Source: Gammaproteobacteria bacterium
GTDB taxonomy: Bacteria; Pseudomonadota; Gammaproteobacteria; SZUA-140
Assembly (NCBI GenBank): GCA_016124415.1
Contig: WGNS01000004.1
Location: 3,926-67,925 of the forward strand
Direction of reading: 5' to 3'
DNA: 64,000 nucleotides
Translations under genes and position numbers: made by a program
The notes under the pieces: model-generated
Told to the model about the DNA's origin: nothing
Database searches by the model: none
The model's input: the letters and a program-made list of their open reading frames with translations, nothing else
In this document: positions 38,174 through 48,010 of the stretch, piece by piece
Numbering within the stretch: position 1 is the stretch's first letter
How the letters are laid out: every line of letters starts with the position of its first letter

Positions 38174-39457
38174 ATGAATATCCTACTCGTTGGCAATGGC
38201 GGCCGGGAACATGCCCTGGCCTGGAAACTGGCGCAATCCCCGCAGGTCGAAACGGTCTATGTCGCCCCCGGCAACGGCGGCACCGCGACCGAGCCCGGTC
38301 TCGAAAACATCGCCATCGGCGCGACCGATATACCGGCCCTGCTCGAGTTCGCACGAACGAACGGCGTCGGTCTGACCGTGATCGGGCCCGAGGCCCCGCT
38401 GGTCGCCGGCATCGTCGACGCCTTCAAGGAAGCCGGCCTGCCGTGTTTCGGCCCTTGTCAGGCCGCGGCCAGGCTCGAAGGCTCCAAGGCCTACAGCAAG
38501 GCCTTCATGGACCGTCACGACATCCCGACGGCAGCCCACGCCACCTTCACGGATTGCGATCAGGCCCTCGCCTTCCTTCGCGATCGCGGCGTTCCGATCG
38601 TCGTCAAGGCCGACGGCCTGGCCGCCGGCAAAGGGGTCATCGTGGCCCATGACATGGCCACGGCCGAAAACGCCGTTCGCGACATGCTGTCGGGCAACGT
38701 CTTCGGCGAGGCCGGCCACAGGGTCATCATCGAGGATTTCCTCGAAGGCGAAGAGGCCAGTTTCATCGTCATGGCGGACGGAACGCATGCGCTTGCCATG
38801 GCGACTTCCCAGGACCACAAGGCCCGCGACGAGGGCGACACCGGCCCCAATACCGGCGGCATGGGCGCCTATTCTCCGGCGCCGGTCGTCACGACGGATA
38901 TCCATACGCGAGTCATGGACGAGGTCATCATGCCGGTCCTCAAAGGCATGACGGCGGAAGGCCACCCGTATACCGGCTTTCTTTATGCCGGACTCATGAT
39001 CTCGTCCAAGGGCGACCTCAAGGTCCTCGAATTCAACTGCCGTTTCGGCGACCCCGAAACCCAGCCCATCATGATGCGTCTGCAATCCGACCTCGTCGAA
39101 CTCTGTCTGGCCGCGCTCGACGGCCGCCTGGATCAGGTCGAGGCAAAATGGGACCCGCGTCCCTCGATCGGCGTCGTGTTGGCGTCGGCCGGCTATCCGG
39201 GGGATTACGAGAAGGGACTGCCGATTTCGGGGCTTGATAATGACGACGGCACGACCAAGGTCTTTCACGCCGGCACGCGCCTCGTCGACGGCCGGACGGT
39301 GACCGACGGCGGCCGTGTGCTCTGCGTCTGCAGCCTCGGCGACGACCTCATCGAGGCGCGCAAGCGCGTATACGACCGCATCGCCGACATTCGATGGGAC
39401 GGCATGTTCTATCGATCGGACATCGCGCATCGGGCGATTGATCGAAGTAACAAGTAA
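38174..39457 (+). CDS. purD: Phosphoribosylamine--glycine ligase
   Basis: 427 aa. Motifs seen: MNILLVGNGGREHALAWKL, VVKADGLAAGKGV, LEFNCRFGDPE. Confidence 0.95.
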   Translation: MNILLVGNGGREHALAWKLAQSPQVETVYVAPGNGGTATEPGLENIAIGATDIPALLEFARTNGVGLTVIGPEAPLVAGIVDAFKEAGLPCFGPCQAAARLEGSKAYSKAFMDRHDIPTAAHATFTDCDQALAFLRDRGVPIVVKADGLAAGKGVIVAHDMATAENAVRDMLSGNVFGEAGHRVIIEDFLEGEEASFIVMADGTHALAMATSQDHKARDEGDTGPNTGGMGAYSPAPVVTTDIHTRVMDEVIMPVLKGMTAEGHPYTGFLYAGLMISSKGDLKVLEFNCRFGDPETQPIMMRLQSDLVELCLAALDGRLDQVEAKWDPRPSIGVVLASAGYPGDYEKGLPISGLDNDDGTTKVFHAGTRLVDGRTVTDGGRVLCVCSLGDDLIEARKRVYDRIADIRWDGMFYRSDIAHRAIDRSNK

Positions 39458-39577
39458 CGAGTGACAAGTGGCGAGTAACACGTAACAAGTGGCAAGCGGC
39501 AAGTTGCTAGTCTTTGTCACTTGAAACTTGGAACTTGAAACTTGAAACTTGAAACTTGAAACTTGAAACTTGAAACT
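39446..39577. repeat. Period-7 tandem repeat tract: ~10 degenerate RAGTRRC-type units, then 8 units of TGAAACT (7 perfect)
   Basis: Read directly. Units at 39452-39521: aagtaac gagtgac aagtggc gagtaac acgtaac aagtggc aagcggc aagttgc tagtctt tgtcact. Units at 39522-39577: tgaaact tggaact, then tgaaact x6. The purD stop (39455-39457) lies inside the first units. Confidence 0.95.
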
Positions 39578-39613
39578 GCAATCCATTCAACGTCAATACC
39601 GGAGATTTCATCA

Positions 39614-40123
39614 ATGACTAAGCCGTTCGTCGCCGTACTCATGGGCTCCGACAGCGACCTGCCCGTCATCGAATCCACGTTTGCCATCCTCCGCCAGTTG
39701 GAGGTCCCCTTCGAGGCACAGATTACGTCCGCCCATCGCACCCCTGCCGAAACCAAGGCCTACGTCCAGGACGCCGAGACCCGCGGCTGCGCCGTATTCA
39801 TCGCCGCCGCCGGGCTTGCCGCCCATCTGGCCGGGGCCGTGGCCAGCCAGACCTGCCGGCCCGTCATCGGCATCCCGCTCGACGCGGGCTCCCTTCAAGG
39901 TATGGACGCCCTGCTCTCGACCGTACAGATGCCGGACGGCATCCCGGTTGCGACCGTGGCCGTCGGCAAGGCCGGCGCCAAGAACGCGGGCTGGCTGGCC
40001 GCTCAAATACTGGCGCTCCAGGACGCCGCGCTGGATGCCCGCCTGCGTCAGGCGCGAGCGGATGAAAGCCAGTCCGTGATCGCCAAAAACCGGCAACTTC
40101 AGGATCGCCTGGCCAACGATTGA
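39614..40123 (+). CDS. purE: 5-(carboxyamino)imidazole ribonucleotide mutase
   Basis: The track ORF starts at 39563, inside the repeat. I prefer ATG 39614, which has GGAG at 39601-39604. The protein reads MTKPFVAVLMGSDSDLPV...SAHRTP...GLAAHLAG. Confidence 0.95.
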   Translation: MTKPFVAVLMGSDSDLPVIESTFAILRQLEVPFEAQITSAHRTPAETKAYVQDAETRGCAVFIAAAGLAAHLAGAVASQTCRPVIGIPLDAGSLQGMDALLSTVQMPDGIPVATVAVGKAGAKNAGWLAAQILALQDAALDARLRQARADESQSVIAKNRQLQDRLAND

Positions 40124-40145
40124 ACACGCGCCCAAGGGCGTATTC

Positions 40146-40727
40146 GTGTCGAAAAAGACCGAGATCCCTGCTTCAACGCGGATTCAATTGATCCGTGCCC
40201 GCCGAGCCATTGAACGCGGCGGCGTTATCGCCTATCCGACGGAATCCGTCTACGGTCTCGGCTGCGACCCGTTCAACGCCGATGCCGTGGCCCGACTGCG
40301 CGGCATCAAGACCCGTAATCGAGGCAAGGGCTTCATTTTGATTGCCGCGACGCTGGATCAGATCCTGCCGCTGATCGCGCACCGTGACGGCGAGCCGTGG
40401 CCGGACATCGTCGCCCGTTGGCCGGGCCCGGTGACCTGGATCTTCGACGCCTCCGCCGCAACCCCTCCCTGGCTGCAGGCCGAAGACGGCAGCATTGCCG
40501 TCCGGGTTACGGCCCATCCCATTGCGGCTGCGTTGTGTCGGCTCGCGGGCACTGCTCTGGTCTCGACAAGCGCCAATTCCCGCAACCGGCCTCCGTTGCG
40601 CGATGCCCTGGCCGTTCGCTGCGTGCTCGGACGGGACGTCGACGATATCGTGACCGGCCCCACTTCAAATGCGCCCAGACCCACGGTTATCATGGACGCG
40701 AGGACGGGGGCCTGCCTGAGGGCGTAA
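40146..40727 (+). CDS. tsaC: L-threonylcarbamoyladenylate synthase (YrdC/TsaC type)
   Basis: 193 aa with a GTG start. Motifs seen: YPTESVYGLGCDP, LRGIKTRNRGKGFILI, VSTSAN. Confidence 0.9.
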   Translation: MSKKTEIPASTRIQLIRARRAIERGGVIAYPTESVYGLGCDPFNADAVARLRGIKTRNRGKGFILIAATLDQILPLIAHRDGEPWPDIVARWPGPVTWIFDASAATPPWLQAEDGSIAVRVTAHPIAAALCRLAGTALVSTSANSRNRPPLRDALAVRCVLGRDVDDIVTGPTSNAPRPTVIMDARTGACLRA

Positions 40728-40767
40728 AGGCGGCGACATCAACGGGGAATGAGGGCATGCTCAAGGA

Positions 40768-42441
40768 ATGAAGGCGCACTGGTTCGGCATTTTCCTATTG
40801 AGTCTCTTCCTGGGCGGTTGCGCGACCTATGGCCGGCATGTCCACGACGGGCTCGACGCCTTCGCGGCCAAAGACTACGACAGCGCGCTCGAGTCCATGG
40901 ACAAGACCCTCGGAGACGATTCCGACGACCGTCTCCTGCGCCATATGGAACTCGGCCTGATCAACCACCTCGCGGGCCACTACGAGCGTAGCGCACAAGA
41001 CCTCGCCAAGGCTGACGAGATCGCCGAAGATCTTTACACCCACCGGCTCAAGGATGTCTTGGCCACGATGCTCGTAAACCCGCGCAACGGCCCTTATCGC
41101 GGCACGGACTTCGAACGGGCATACATCCCCTACTACGAGATCATGAACGCGCTCGCGCAATCCGCCCGTCCCGAGCAGTGGTCGGACGCCCTGACCGCTG
41201 CCCGGGTCGCCTCCCGTAAGTCCGACATCCTGCTGACGGCCCAACGCAACAAGGTCGGTGACTACCAGGATCTCAAGGACGAAAAACGGCGCCTGTTCAG
41301 CCAACTGATGGACATCTTCTCGGTCGTCCTGGGCACGCCGCCGTCACGGGCCCAATACGTCTTTCGCGACGACGCCTATATCCGCTACGTCACGGGACTG
41401 GTCTACGAACTCAACGGCGAGTACGACAACGCCCGCATCGCTTACGAACAGGCCGCGCACCTCTACGAAGACGGCTATGCGAAACAATACGGATTGAACG
41501 GGGACATCGTCCGCGAGGCCTGGTTCGAAACCGCGCGCATGATGAAGAAGGCCGGCGGCTACGACGGCGAATTGGCGCACGTCGTCAAGACCAAACTCTC
41601 CGCCGAACAGGGCGAAGCCTTGAAGGCGACCGCGAACGGCGGCCAGTTGCTCATCATCCAGCACATCGGGATGGTCCCGAGGCGCCGCGAGATGAACCTG
41701 ATCGGCTCGGTGGACGAACGCAAACGGGAACTCGTACTGCGTCTGCTTCCGATGGGAACGATCGAGGAACGTCGCGATCAGGCGGCATGGTTCTATCAGA
41801 TGTACGCCGACAAGGGGCTGCTCGAATTTCTTGAAAACTATGCCGAAGGCGGCCTGCTCAAGGTCTTCTGGAACACGCGCGAAAAAGAGGTCCCGTTGCA
41901 GCCGGTATGGCACCTGGCCCAGAACAGCGGGCTCGTTGCCGCCTTGCGGCAGGGCATCCGCGTTACGGTGCCCTACTATCCGAGCTTTCGTCCGGCCTAT
42001 CAGTCCTCGGTGGTGCGGGTCGACGGTGGAACGCCGCTCGACATGATCGACGCCGAATCGCTCTCCCGGCTCGCGATCCAATCGCAGATCGTCTCCGCCT
42101 GTACGGACATGAACGAGGCCTTGTCCCGCGAGGCGCTCAAGAGTGTGCTGACCCTGAACGCCCTCAAGGGCAACAAGCAGGAAGCTTCGCCGCTCGCAGG
42201 ACTGGCGGCCAGTCTGGTTTCCATGGTGACGAGCGCGGCCGAAACGCGCAACTGGCTCACCCTGCCCTCGGACATCCGGATCCGCCGCATCCCATTGACT
42301 AATGGCACGCATGAGGTCACCATCGAAACCAACCGGACAGGTGGCGGAAGCTACGATCTGACACGGAAACAGGTCACGATCGAGAGCGGCGAGACCCAGG
42401 TCCTGGAGGTCCGCAGCCTCCCCGGACTCCCTCGAAAGTAA
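40768..42441 (+). CDS. Conserved hypothetical lipoprotein (COG3014-like)
   Basis: 557 aa. Lipobox LSLFLGGCATYG and a helical N-terminal region that may be TPR-like. The family assignment is from memory and tentative. Confidence 0.5.
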   Translation: MKAHWFGIFLLSLFLGGCATYGRHVHDGLDAFAAKDYDSALESMDKTLGDDSDDRLLRHMELGLINHLAGHYERSAQDLAKADEIAEDLYTHRLKDVLATMLVNPRNGPYRGTDFERAYIPYYEIMNALAQSARPEQWSDALTAARVASRKSDILLTAQRNKVGDYQDLKDEKRRLFSQLMDIFSVVLGTPPSRAQYVFRDDAYIRYVTGLVYELNGEYDNARIAYEQAAHLYEDGYAKQYGLNGDIVREAWFETARMMKKAGGYDGELAHVVKTKLSAEQGEALKATANGGQLLIIQHIGMVPRRREMNLIGSVDERKRELVLRLLPMGTIEERRDQAAWFYQMYADKGLLEFLENYAEGGLLKVFWNTREKEVPLQPVWHLAQNSGLVAALRQGIRVTVPYYPSFRPAYQSSVVRVDGGTPLDMIDAESLSRLAIQSQIVSACTDMNEALSREALKSVLTLNALKGNKQEASPLAGLAASLVSMVTSAAETRNWLTLPSDIRIRRIPLTNGTHEVTIETNRTGGGSYDLTRKQVTIESGETQVLEVRSLPGLPRK

Positions 42442-42494
42442 GCGGTCTCGATCGCATCGGAGTTGCACACACAAACCCCAAAAGGAATACCGAG

Positions 42495-43115
42495 ATGACC
42501 AAGAAGATATCGCGCGGGATACTGTTTTTAACGGTTTTGTTGGCCCCGATATTGACGCTGACGGCGTGCAGCAGCGTCAAGGTGTCCAGGGTGGACACGA
42601 ACCAGGAAATCGCGCTGACGGACCGTTGGAACGACAAGGACTCCGAACTGGTCGCCAACACGATGATCGAAGACATGCTGACCTTCCCCTGGCTGGGGCG
42701 TTTCCGGCAGGACTTTCCGGACCGCAGACCGACCATCACGATCCAGCAGATCCAGAACAAATCGCATGAGATGATCCCGGTCGACACCTTCGTCAACGAC
42801 CTCAAGCGCGCGATCATCCGCAGCAACAAGGCCGACTTCATCGTCAGCGGCGAGGAGCGCTCCCGCGTGCGCGAGGAGCTCAAGGAGCAGGATACCTTCG
42901 CCAGCCCCGAGACCCGTATGCAGATGGGCCAGGAGCAAGGCGCCAACTTCGCGCTGTCCGGCAGCATCAACTCCATCGTCGACCAGCTCGACGGCGAACG
43001 CGTGACCTTCTACCAAGTCGATCTCAAGCTCATCAATCTGCAAACCACGCGCGAGGTCTGGAACGGCCAGAAGAAGATCAAGAAGCTCATGGAACGCAGC
43101 CGCTTCGGGCTTTGA
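42495..43115 (+). CDS. LpoB/FlgO-like (COG3417) lipoprotein
   Basis: 206 aa. Lipobox LTLTACSS. The pattern TIQQIQNKSHEMI...LKRAII...FALSGSINSIVD...YQVDLKLINLQTTREVW resembles the LpoB/YcfM fold family. Confidence 0.5.
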   Translation: MTKKISRGILFLTVLLAPILTLTACSSVKVSRVDTNQEIALTDRWNDKDSELVANTMIEDMLTFPWLGRFRQDFPDRRPTITIQQIQNKSHEMIPVDTFVNDLKRAIIRSNKADFIVSGEERSRVREELKEQDTFASPETRMQMGQEQGANFALSGSINSIVDQLDGERVTFYQVDLKLINLQTTREVWNGQKKIKKLMERSRFGL

Positions 43116-44182
43116 TGATGTTCGCCACGAGGTCTCTAACGGTCCCGGCGACCGCGCTCCTGATCGCGGCCCTGCTCGGTGGTTGCGCCGGCGGACAGCG
43201 CGTATCGTCTCGGGATACGCTGCCTGACTGGGTCTCCAACCCGCCGAGCGCCGGCGGGCACCGTTTCGGCGTCGGCTCGGCCGAGCTCGGCGTCGACGAG
43301 TCGGCGGCCATGAAGCTGGCGCGCGACTCCGCCACGGCCGACATCGCCAAGCAGCTCCAGGTATCGATATCGTCGACGGAATCCATTCACAAGGAACTCC
43401 TCGACATCAACGGCGACCAACGTTTTTCGCAGAACGTGGAACAGGCGGTGATCAGCCGCGTCCCCGAGTTCCGCTTTTCCTTTTTGACGCTCAAGGATAG
43501 CTATAAGGACGTCCCGCATGCACGCCTCTATGTGCTGCTCGACCTCGACGTCGACAAGGAGGCACAGGCGATCCGCCGCCGTATTTCGGAACTCGATGAC
43601 GAGATCGAAAGCGCCGGCAAGGACCTCGGTACCGATCAGGACGTGCGCATCGACGACCTGCGCCGGATCTCGGCCGTACTGATCCGGATCCGCGAGCGCG
43701 ACGCGTTGCAGGAGCGCCTGCGCCTGTTCCGTCCCGGGTCACCGACGGTCGCGACCATGACCGATCTGGACGACCTCGAGCGCCGCCTGCTGGCCCGCAT
43801 CGCCTCGGTGCGCATCGAGATCCGGCCGGCGAACGGCGGCGGCACGGACTCCCTGGGCACGATTATCGCCGTCGAGCTCACCAAGCAGGGCCTGACCGTA
43901 GTCGAAAACCGGGCCGATCTCAGAATCGTCTACGATTTCGACCTGGGGGTGATTCGCAAGGGAGGGATCTACTTCGGGCAGATCCACGGCCAGACCCGCC
44001 TTGAAGACCGCGACGGATCGACGATCCGTTCCTTTGATATCGAGACCAAGGGCGTCTCGGTCCAGGAGGATCAGGCCCGCAGCCGCGCACTCAGCAGTCT
44101 GGGCGGCAAACTCGGCAGGATGATCATCGACACGTTGTTCGCCAGGAACGGCAAGGACAGCGCGTCAAAAAGCCCCCTCTAG
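43115..44182 (+). CDS. LPP20-family lipoprotein
   Basis: The track start is TTG 43112. I prefer ATG 43115, which overlaps the upstream TGA by 1 nt. Lipobox ALLGGCAG. LPP20-type N-terminal domain: PDWVSNPPS...GVGSAELGVDESAAMKLARDSATADIAKQLQVSISS. Confidence 0.6.
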   Translation: MMFATRSLTVPATALLIAALLGGCAGGQRVSSRDTLPDWVSNPPSAGGHRFGVGSAELGVDESAAMKLARDSATADIAKQLQVSISSTESIHKELLDINGDQRFSQNVEQAVISRVPEFRFSFLTLKDSYKDVPHARLYVLLDLDVDKEAQAIRRRISELDDEIESAGKDLGTDQDVRIDDLRRISAVLIRIRERDALQERLRLFRPGSPTVATMTDLDDLERRLLARIASVRIEIRPANGGGTDSLGTIIAVELTKQGLTVVENRADLRIVYDFDLGVIRKGGIYFGQIHGQTRLEDRDGSTIRSFDIETKGVSVQEDQARSRALSSLGGKLGRMIIDTLFARNGKDSASKSPL

Positions 44183-46045
44183 GCGTTTCCACATGCCGAG
44201 GTAGGCAGCCTCGATGGCTCGAGCCATGCCCGCGGCATCGCAGAGTTCCGACTTCCGGACGCGCTCCCGAAGTGCCGCCCGCAGCGCCCGCCGCCGTTCG
44301 TCGTCCCCGGCAAGTCCGACCGCCAGATTCACGTAATCCTCCCGGGATTCCGCAATGCAGTCGGCAAGGCCTATGGCGCGAAGCATGCTGACGCCCTGGC
44401 GCTCGATCATGCGCGCCCCCGCCATCGTCACGACGGGCACACCCATCCAAAGCGCGTCGGCGGTCGTTGCGCCGCCCGTGCGCGGGAAAGGGTCGAGCGC
44501 GATGTCCATGTCGCCGTATTCCTTCAAATAATCCGGCGTCCGGGGCCGCAGAATCAGCCGCTCCGGATCGACGCCCAGCGCCGTGAAACGCTGCACGACG
44601 GCATGTCGACCGGCCTCGTGGTTGAAAGGCGCGGCCTTGAGCAGTAAGCGCGAACCGGGGACCCGGTTGAGGATCTCGGCCCAGGTCGCGACGACCTCGT
44701 CGCCGAGCTTGCTGAGGTCGTTGAAACAGCCGAACGTGACCGCTCCGCCTGAGGTCCTCTCGGCGACCTCGGGCGCGTCGGCGACGGGCTCGTAGGTGAT
44801 CCAGCAACGCGGCAGGCGCCAAATCTCCTCGGTAGTGCTTTCGACGCTGTCCTCGGGGACCAACGCCTCGTCGACCAGCCAGTAGTCCATCGCGGAAAGA
44901 CCCGTGGTGGCACAGTAACCGAGATACGTCACCTGCACCGGTGCCGGACGATAGGCGAAGACGCCTAGGCGGTTGCCGCGCGTATGTCCGGCGAGATCGA
45001 CGAGGATATCGATCCGGTCCTCGTAGATCTGCCGAGCGACCGCCTCGTCGCCCTGTCCTATCGTCTTCCGCCAGGCTTGGGCGTACGACCTGAGACGCCG
45101 GTTGACCTCATCATTGGAACGGCTTTCGTCATAGCAATAGACCTCAAAGCGGCTCCGATCATGCGCGCGCAACAGTCCCTCGACGAAAGTGCCGACCGGA
45201 TGGCGGCGCAGGTCCGGTGAGACGTAGCCGATCCTGAGCCGCCGGTCCCCGTCCAAGCGGCCGGAAAAATCGAATCGCCCGGCGCGCTCGTCGGGTGCAA
45301 AGCGTTGGGCCCACGCGCGGTGATGCTCGAGCAATTCCCCGGCTGGGCACAGGACGTGGTAAGCCTCGACAAACAACAAATTGCTGAAGGCCTCGCGGTA
45401 ATCCGGCCGCAGTTGCAACGCCTTGAGATTGCATGCCCTGGCCGTCGCGACCTGGCCGCTGTCCTTCATGACGTTGGCGAGCCCCACCCAGGTCTCGGCA
45501 TCGTTGGGATGGCGTTGTAGGATCGTTTGATAACAGGCCGCCGCCTCTTCGAAACGGAACGCCCGATGCAGCGCGATCGCGAGATTGAAGATCGTCGTGT
45601 CGTCGTCGGGATGGATCGCCAACACCGAGCGATAGCAGGCGATGGCCTCGTCGAAACGCTTGGTCCGGCGCAATAGGCCGCCCAGACGACTGCCGGCCTC
45701 CGGCCAGCCCGAGCGTAACGCAAGCGCCTGGCGATACGCATTCAAGGCGTCGTCGAGCCGATTCTGTCCCTCGTAGGCCATGCCCAGCAACAGATGCGCG
45801 TCGGCATTGCCGGGCTGTATGCCGAGCAGACGGACCAGGGGCGGTACGGCTCCGGCGAGATCGCCGGCGCGGCTGCAGGCCGCGCCCAGGAGATGCAATG
45901 CGACCGGCTGGTTTGGTGCCTTCTTCAGTACCTCGCGGCAGACCGTGATCGCCCGCTCGGCCGCGCCCGACTGCAACAAACGGCCGGCGTCGGCGACAAG
46001 CCGATCGACCTCCCCATTGGTCGAGCCGGGGCCCGGACTGCTCAT
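44165..46045 (-). CDS. TPR-repeat + GT41 (OGT/SPINDLY-like) glycosyltransferase, paralogue 1
   Basis: 626 aa with no signal peptide. The N-terminal ~230 aa is TPR. The C-terminal part reads RLRIGYVSPDLRRHPVG, DILVDLAGHTRGNRLGVFAYRPAPVQVTYLGYCATTG, TFGCFNDLSK, SRLLLKA and DIALDPFPRTGGATTADALWMGVPVVT. Its ATG overlaps the upstream stop (ATGA at 46042-46045). Confidence 0.8.
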   Translation of the reverse strand: MSSPGPGSTNGEVDRLVADAGRLLQSGAAERAITVCREVLKKAPNQPVALHLLGAACSRAGDLAGAVPPLVRLLGIQPGNADAHLLLGMAYEGQNRLDDALNAYRQALALRSGWPEAGSRLGGLLRRTKRFDEAIACYRSVLAIHPDDDTTIFNLAIALHRAFRFEEAAACYQTILQRHPNDAETWVGLANVMKDSGQVATARACNLKALQLRPDYREAFSNLLFVEAYHVLCPAGELLEHHRAWAQRFAPDERAGRFDFSGRLDGDRRLRIGYVSPDLRRHPVGTFVEGLLRAHDRSRFEVYCYDESRSNDEVNRRLRSYAQAWRKTIGQGDEAVARQIYEDRIDILVDLAGHTRGNRLGVFAYRPAPVQVTYLGYCATTGLSAMDYWLVDEALVPEDSVESTTEEIWRLPRCWITYEPVADAPEVAERTSGGAVTFGCFNDLSKLGDEVVATWAEILNRVPGSRLLLKAAPFNHEAGRHAVVQRFTALGVDPERLILRPRTPDYLKEYGDMDIALDPFPRTGGATTADALWMGVPVVTMAGARMIERQGVSMLRAIGLADCIAESREDYVNLAVGLAGDDERRRALRAALRERVRKSELCDAAGMARAIEAAYLGMWKRLEGAF

Positions 46046-47940
46046 CCGAACCTCTTTGCGACCATGGCCTCATAGGCGGTCTCCAGCCGCTCGGCGAGAT
46101 CCCGGCCGCGACACAGCGCGGAATCCCGGACCCGGTCGCGGAGCGTGCGCCGCAGTTCGGCGCGCCCAGTGGCATCCCCGGCGGCCCGTTCGACGCGGGC
46201 GACATAGGCCGCCCGGTCGGCGCAAATCCAGTCTTCGAGGCCCACGGCCGACAACATGGTCGCGCTCAGGCGTTCTATGTAGCGCGCACCGGCCAAAGTC
46301 ACGACAGGGACGCCCATCCAGAGCGCCTCCACCGTCGTCGTGCCGCCCGTCCGCGGGATCGTATCGAGGGCGATGTCGATTTCGCCATAAAGTTCGAGAT
46401 GGTCCCGTACGCTGTCCGTGCGACCCATGAAGCGTAAACGGTCGGCCGCGACCCCTTCTCGCTCGAAGGCCAGGGCAAGGTCGCGACGCACGTCCGGGTC
46501 CGAAAGCTGCCGCGCCTTCAGAAACAGGCTTGCCTCGGGCAAGGCCCGAAGGACGGCCGCCCAAAGTGCGACCGTCGCCGGCGAGACCTTGCTGAGATCG
46601 TTGAAACTGCCGAGTACCAGTCCCTTGTTCCCGGACCGATCCGCGACGTCCGGCGCGTCTCCGGGCGGGGTATATCCGAGACAGCACCCCGGCACGCGCC
46701 AGATCGCCTCCGAGGTGCGTTCGACGGTATCGGACGGGGTGAGTACGCCATCCGACAACCAATAGTCCATGGTCGGCAACCCCGTGGTCGTGAAGTAACC
46801 GAGATAGGTGATTTGCACGGGCGCGGGTCGGAAGCAGAAGATGCCGAGGCGGTTACCGGCCGTATGTCCGGCAAGATCGACCAGCACGTCGATGCCGTCG
46901 GCGTGAATCTGCCGGGCCACGGCCTCGTCGGACTGCCCGGCGGTCATGCGCCAAGCATCGGACAAATTGCGCAGGCGCTGGCTGACGGCATCGGGGCGCG
47001 GCAGTTCTGCGTAGCAGAAGATCTCGAAACGGGACCGGTCGTGATTGGCGAGAATGGGCTCGAAGAAATAGCTGACGGAATGCTGCCTGAGATCCGGCGA
47101 GACGTAACCGATGCGCAAACGCCGTCCGGACTCAGGCGCGCGATGTTCACCCGCCGCGCCATCCCGTTGCGCGCACCCGAAATGGCGGCTCCATTCGAGA
47201 TGCGCCTCGAGCATGGCTTCCGGGTCGAGCAACACATTGTAGCTCTGCAGAAACAGGATGTTGCTGTAGACCTGCATGAGATTGGGGTTCAGGCTCAGCG
47301 CCTTTCGGTAGTGCTCAATGGCGTGCCCGAAATCGCCCTTGGCCTCGTAGACCCGGGCGAGATTGTTTTGGATCGCGGCGACCTGGGGCGCGAGCTCTAC
47401 GGCCCGCTCGTAGACCTCTATCGCTTCCGCATATCGCCCCTGGGATTCGTAAAGATTGCCGAGGTTGTACCAGGTATTGGCCTGGGCGGGATCGAGCGCC
47501 AGCGCATGCCGAAACCGCCGTTCCGCTTCATCCTTTCGACCGACGTTGTGCAGCGCGGCCGCGAAGTTGTTCTGCAAAGAGGCGTCATCCGGCGTGATCG
47601 CGTCGGCCCGGCCGAAAGCCGCGATGGCATCATCGAAGCGTCCGGCGTCGGCCAGGGCCGTCGCCAGGCGTCCGAGGTAATGGGCGCTTTCCGGGGCTTT
47701 GGAAACCGCCTTTTGCATGAGTTGGATGGCCGGCTGAATGTGCCCGGTCTTGTGCGCGACGCAACCGAGCAGGAAATTGGCCTCGGCGTGCTCCGGATCC
47801 ACGGCGAGGGCCTGCCGGTAGCAGGCCTCGGCGGTCTTGAGATCGCCGGCCTTATGGGCCGCAATGCCCTGCTGCATGGCCTGATTCAAGGCGGGATGAT
47901 TCATGCCGCCCATCCCCGACGCGCGCCCAGGGAACGCCAT
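46042..47940 (-). CDS. TPR-repeat + GT41 (OGT/SPINDLY-like) glycosyltransferase, paralogue 2
   Basis: 632 aa. The conserved blocks match paralogue 1: RLRIGYVSPDLRQHSVS, DVLVDLAGHTAGNRLGIFCFRPAPVQITYLGYFTTTG, DIALDTIPRTGGTTTVEALWMGVPVVT. Confidence 0.8.
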   Translation of the reverse strand: MAFPGRASGMGGMNHPALNQAMQQGIAAHKAGDLKTAEACYRQALAVDPEHAEANFLLGCVAHKTGHIQPAIQLMQKAVSKAPESAHYLGRLATALADAGRFDDAIAAFGRADAITPDDASLQNNFAAALHNVGRKDEAERRFRHALALDPAQANTWYNLGNLYESQGRYAEAIEVYERAVELAPQVAAIQNNLARVYEAKGDFGHAIEHYRKALSLNPNLMQVYSNILFLQSYNVLLDPEAMLEAHLEWSRHFGCAQRDGAAGEHRAPESGRRLRIGYVSPDLRQHSVSYFFEPILANHDRSRFEIFCYAELPRPDAVSQRLRNLSDAWRMTAGQSDEAVARQIHADGIDVLVDLAGHTAGNRLGIFCFRPAPVQITYLGYFTTTGLPTMDYWLSDGVLTPSDTVERTSEAIWRVPGCCLGYTPPGDAPDVADRSGNKGLVLGSFNDLSKVSPATVALWAAVLRALPEASLFLKARQLSDPDVRRDLALAFEREGVAADRLRFMGRTDSVRDHLELYGEIDIALDTIPRTGGTTTVEALWMGVPVVTLAGARYIERLSATMLSAVGLEDWICADRAAYVARVERAAGDATGRAELRRTLRDRVRDSALCRGRDLAERLETAYEAMVAKRFG

Positions 47941-48010
47941 CGTCTCCGCTGTCTGTCCAACCTACCCCCGTCGATACCGATCGTTGTTCCGGGATTCTAC
48001 CGCCGCCATC

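Noticed and set aside
39446-39577. Could the repeat tract be a CRISPR array or minisatellite-encoded peptide?
   Set aside because: The 7-nt units are contiguous with no spacers, which is far too short for CRISPR repeats. No cas genes are in the window. No frame is maintained, since 7 is not a multiple of 3.
38183-39586. 467-aa minus-strand ORF opposite purD, and small ORFs translating the heptamer tract as FKFQVSS repeats (39517-39756, 39563 start of the purE track ORF)
   Set aside because: The purD frame has unmistakable ATP-grasp motifs. The antisense ORF is Arg/Gly/Ala-rich noise. The FKFQVSS peptides are simply the 7-nt repeat read in three frames.
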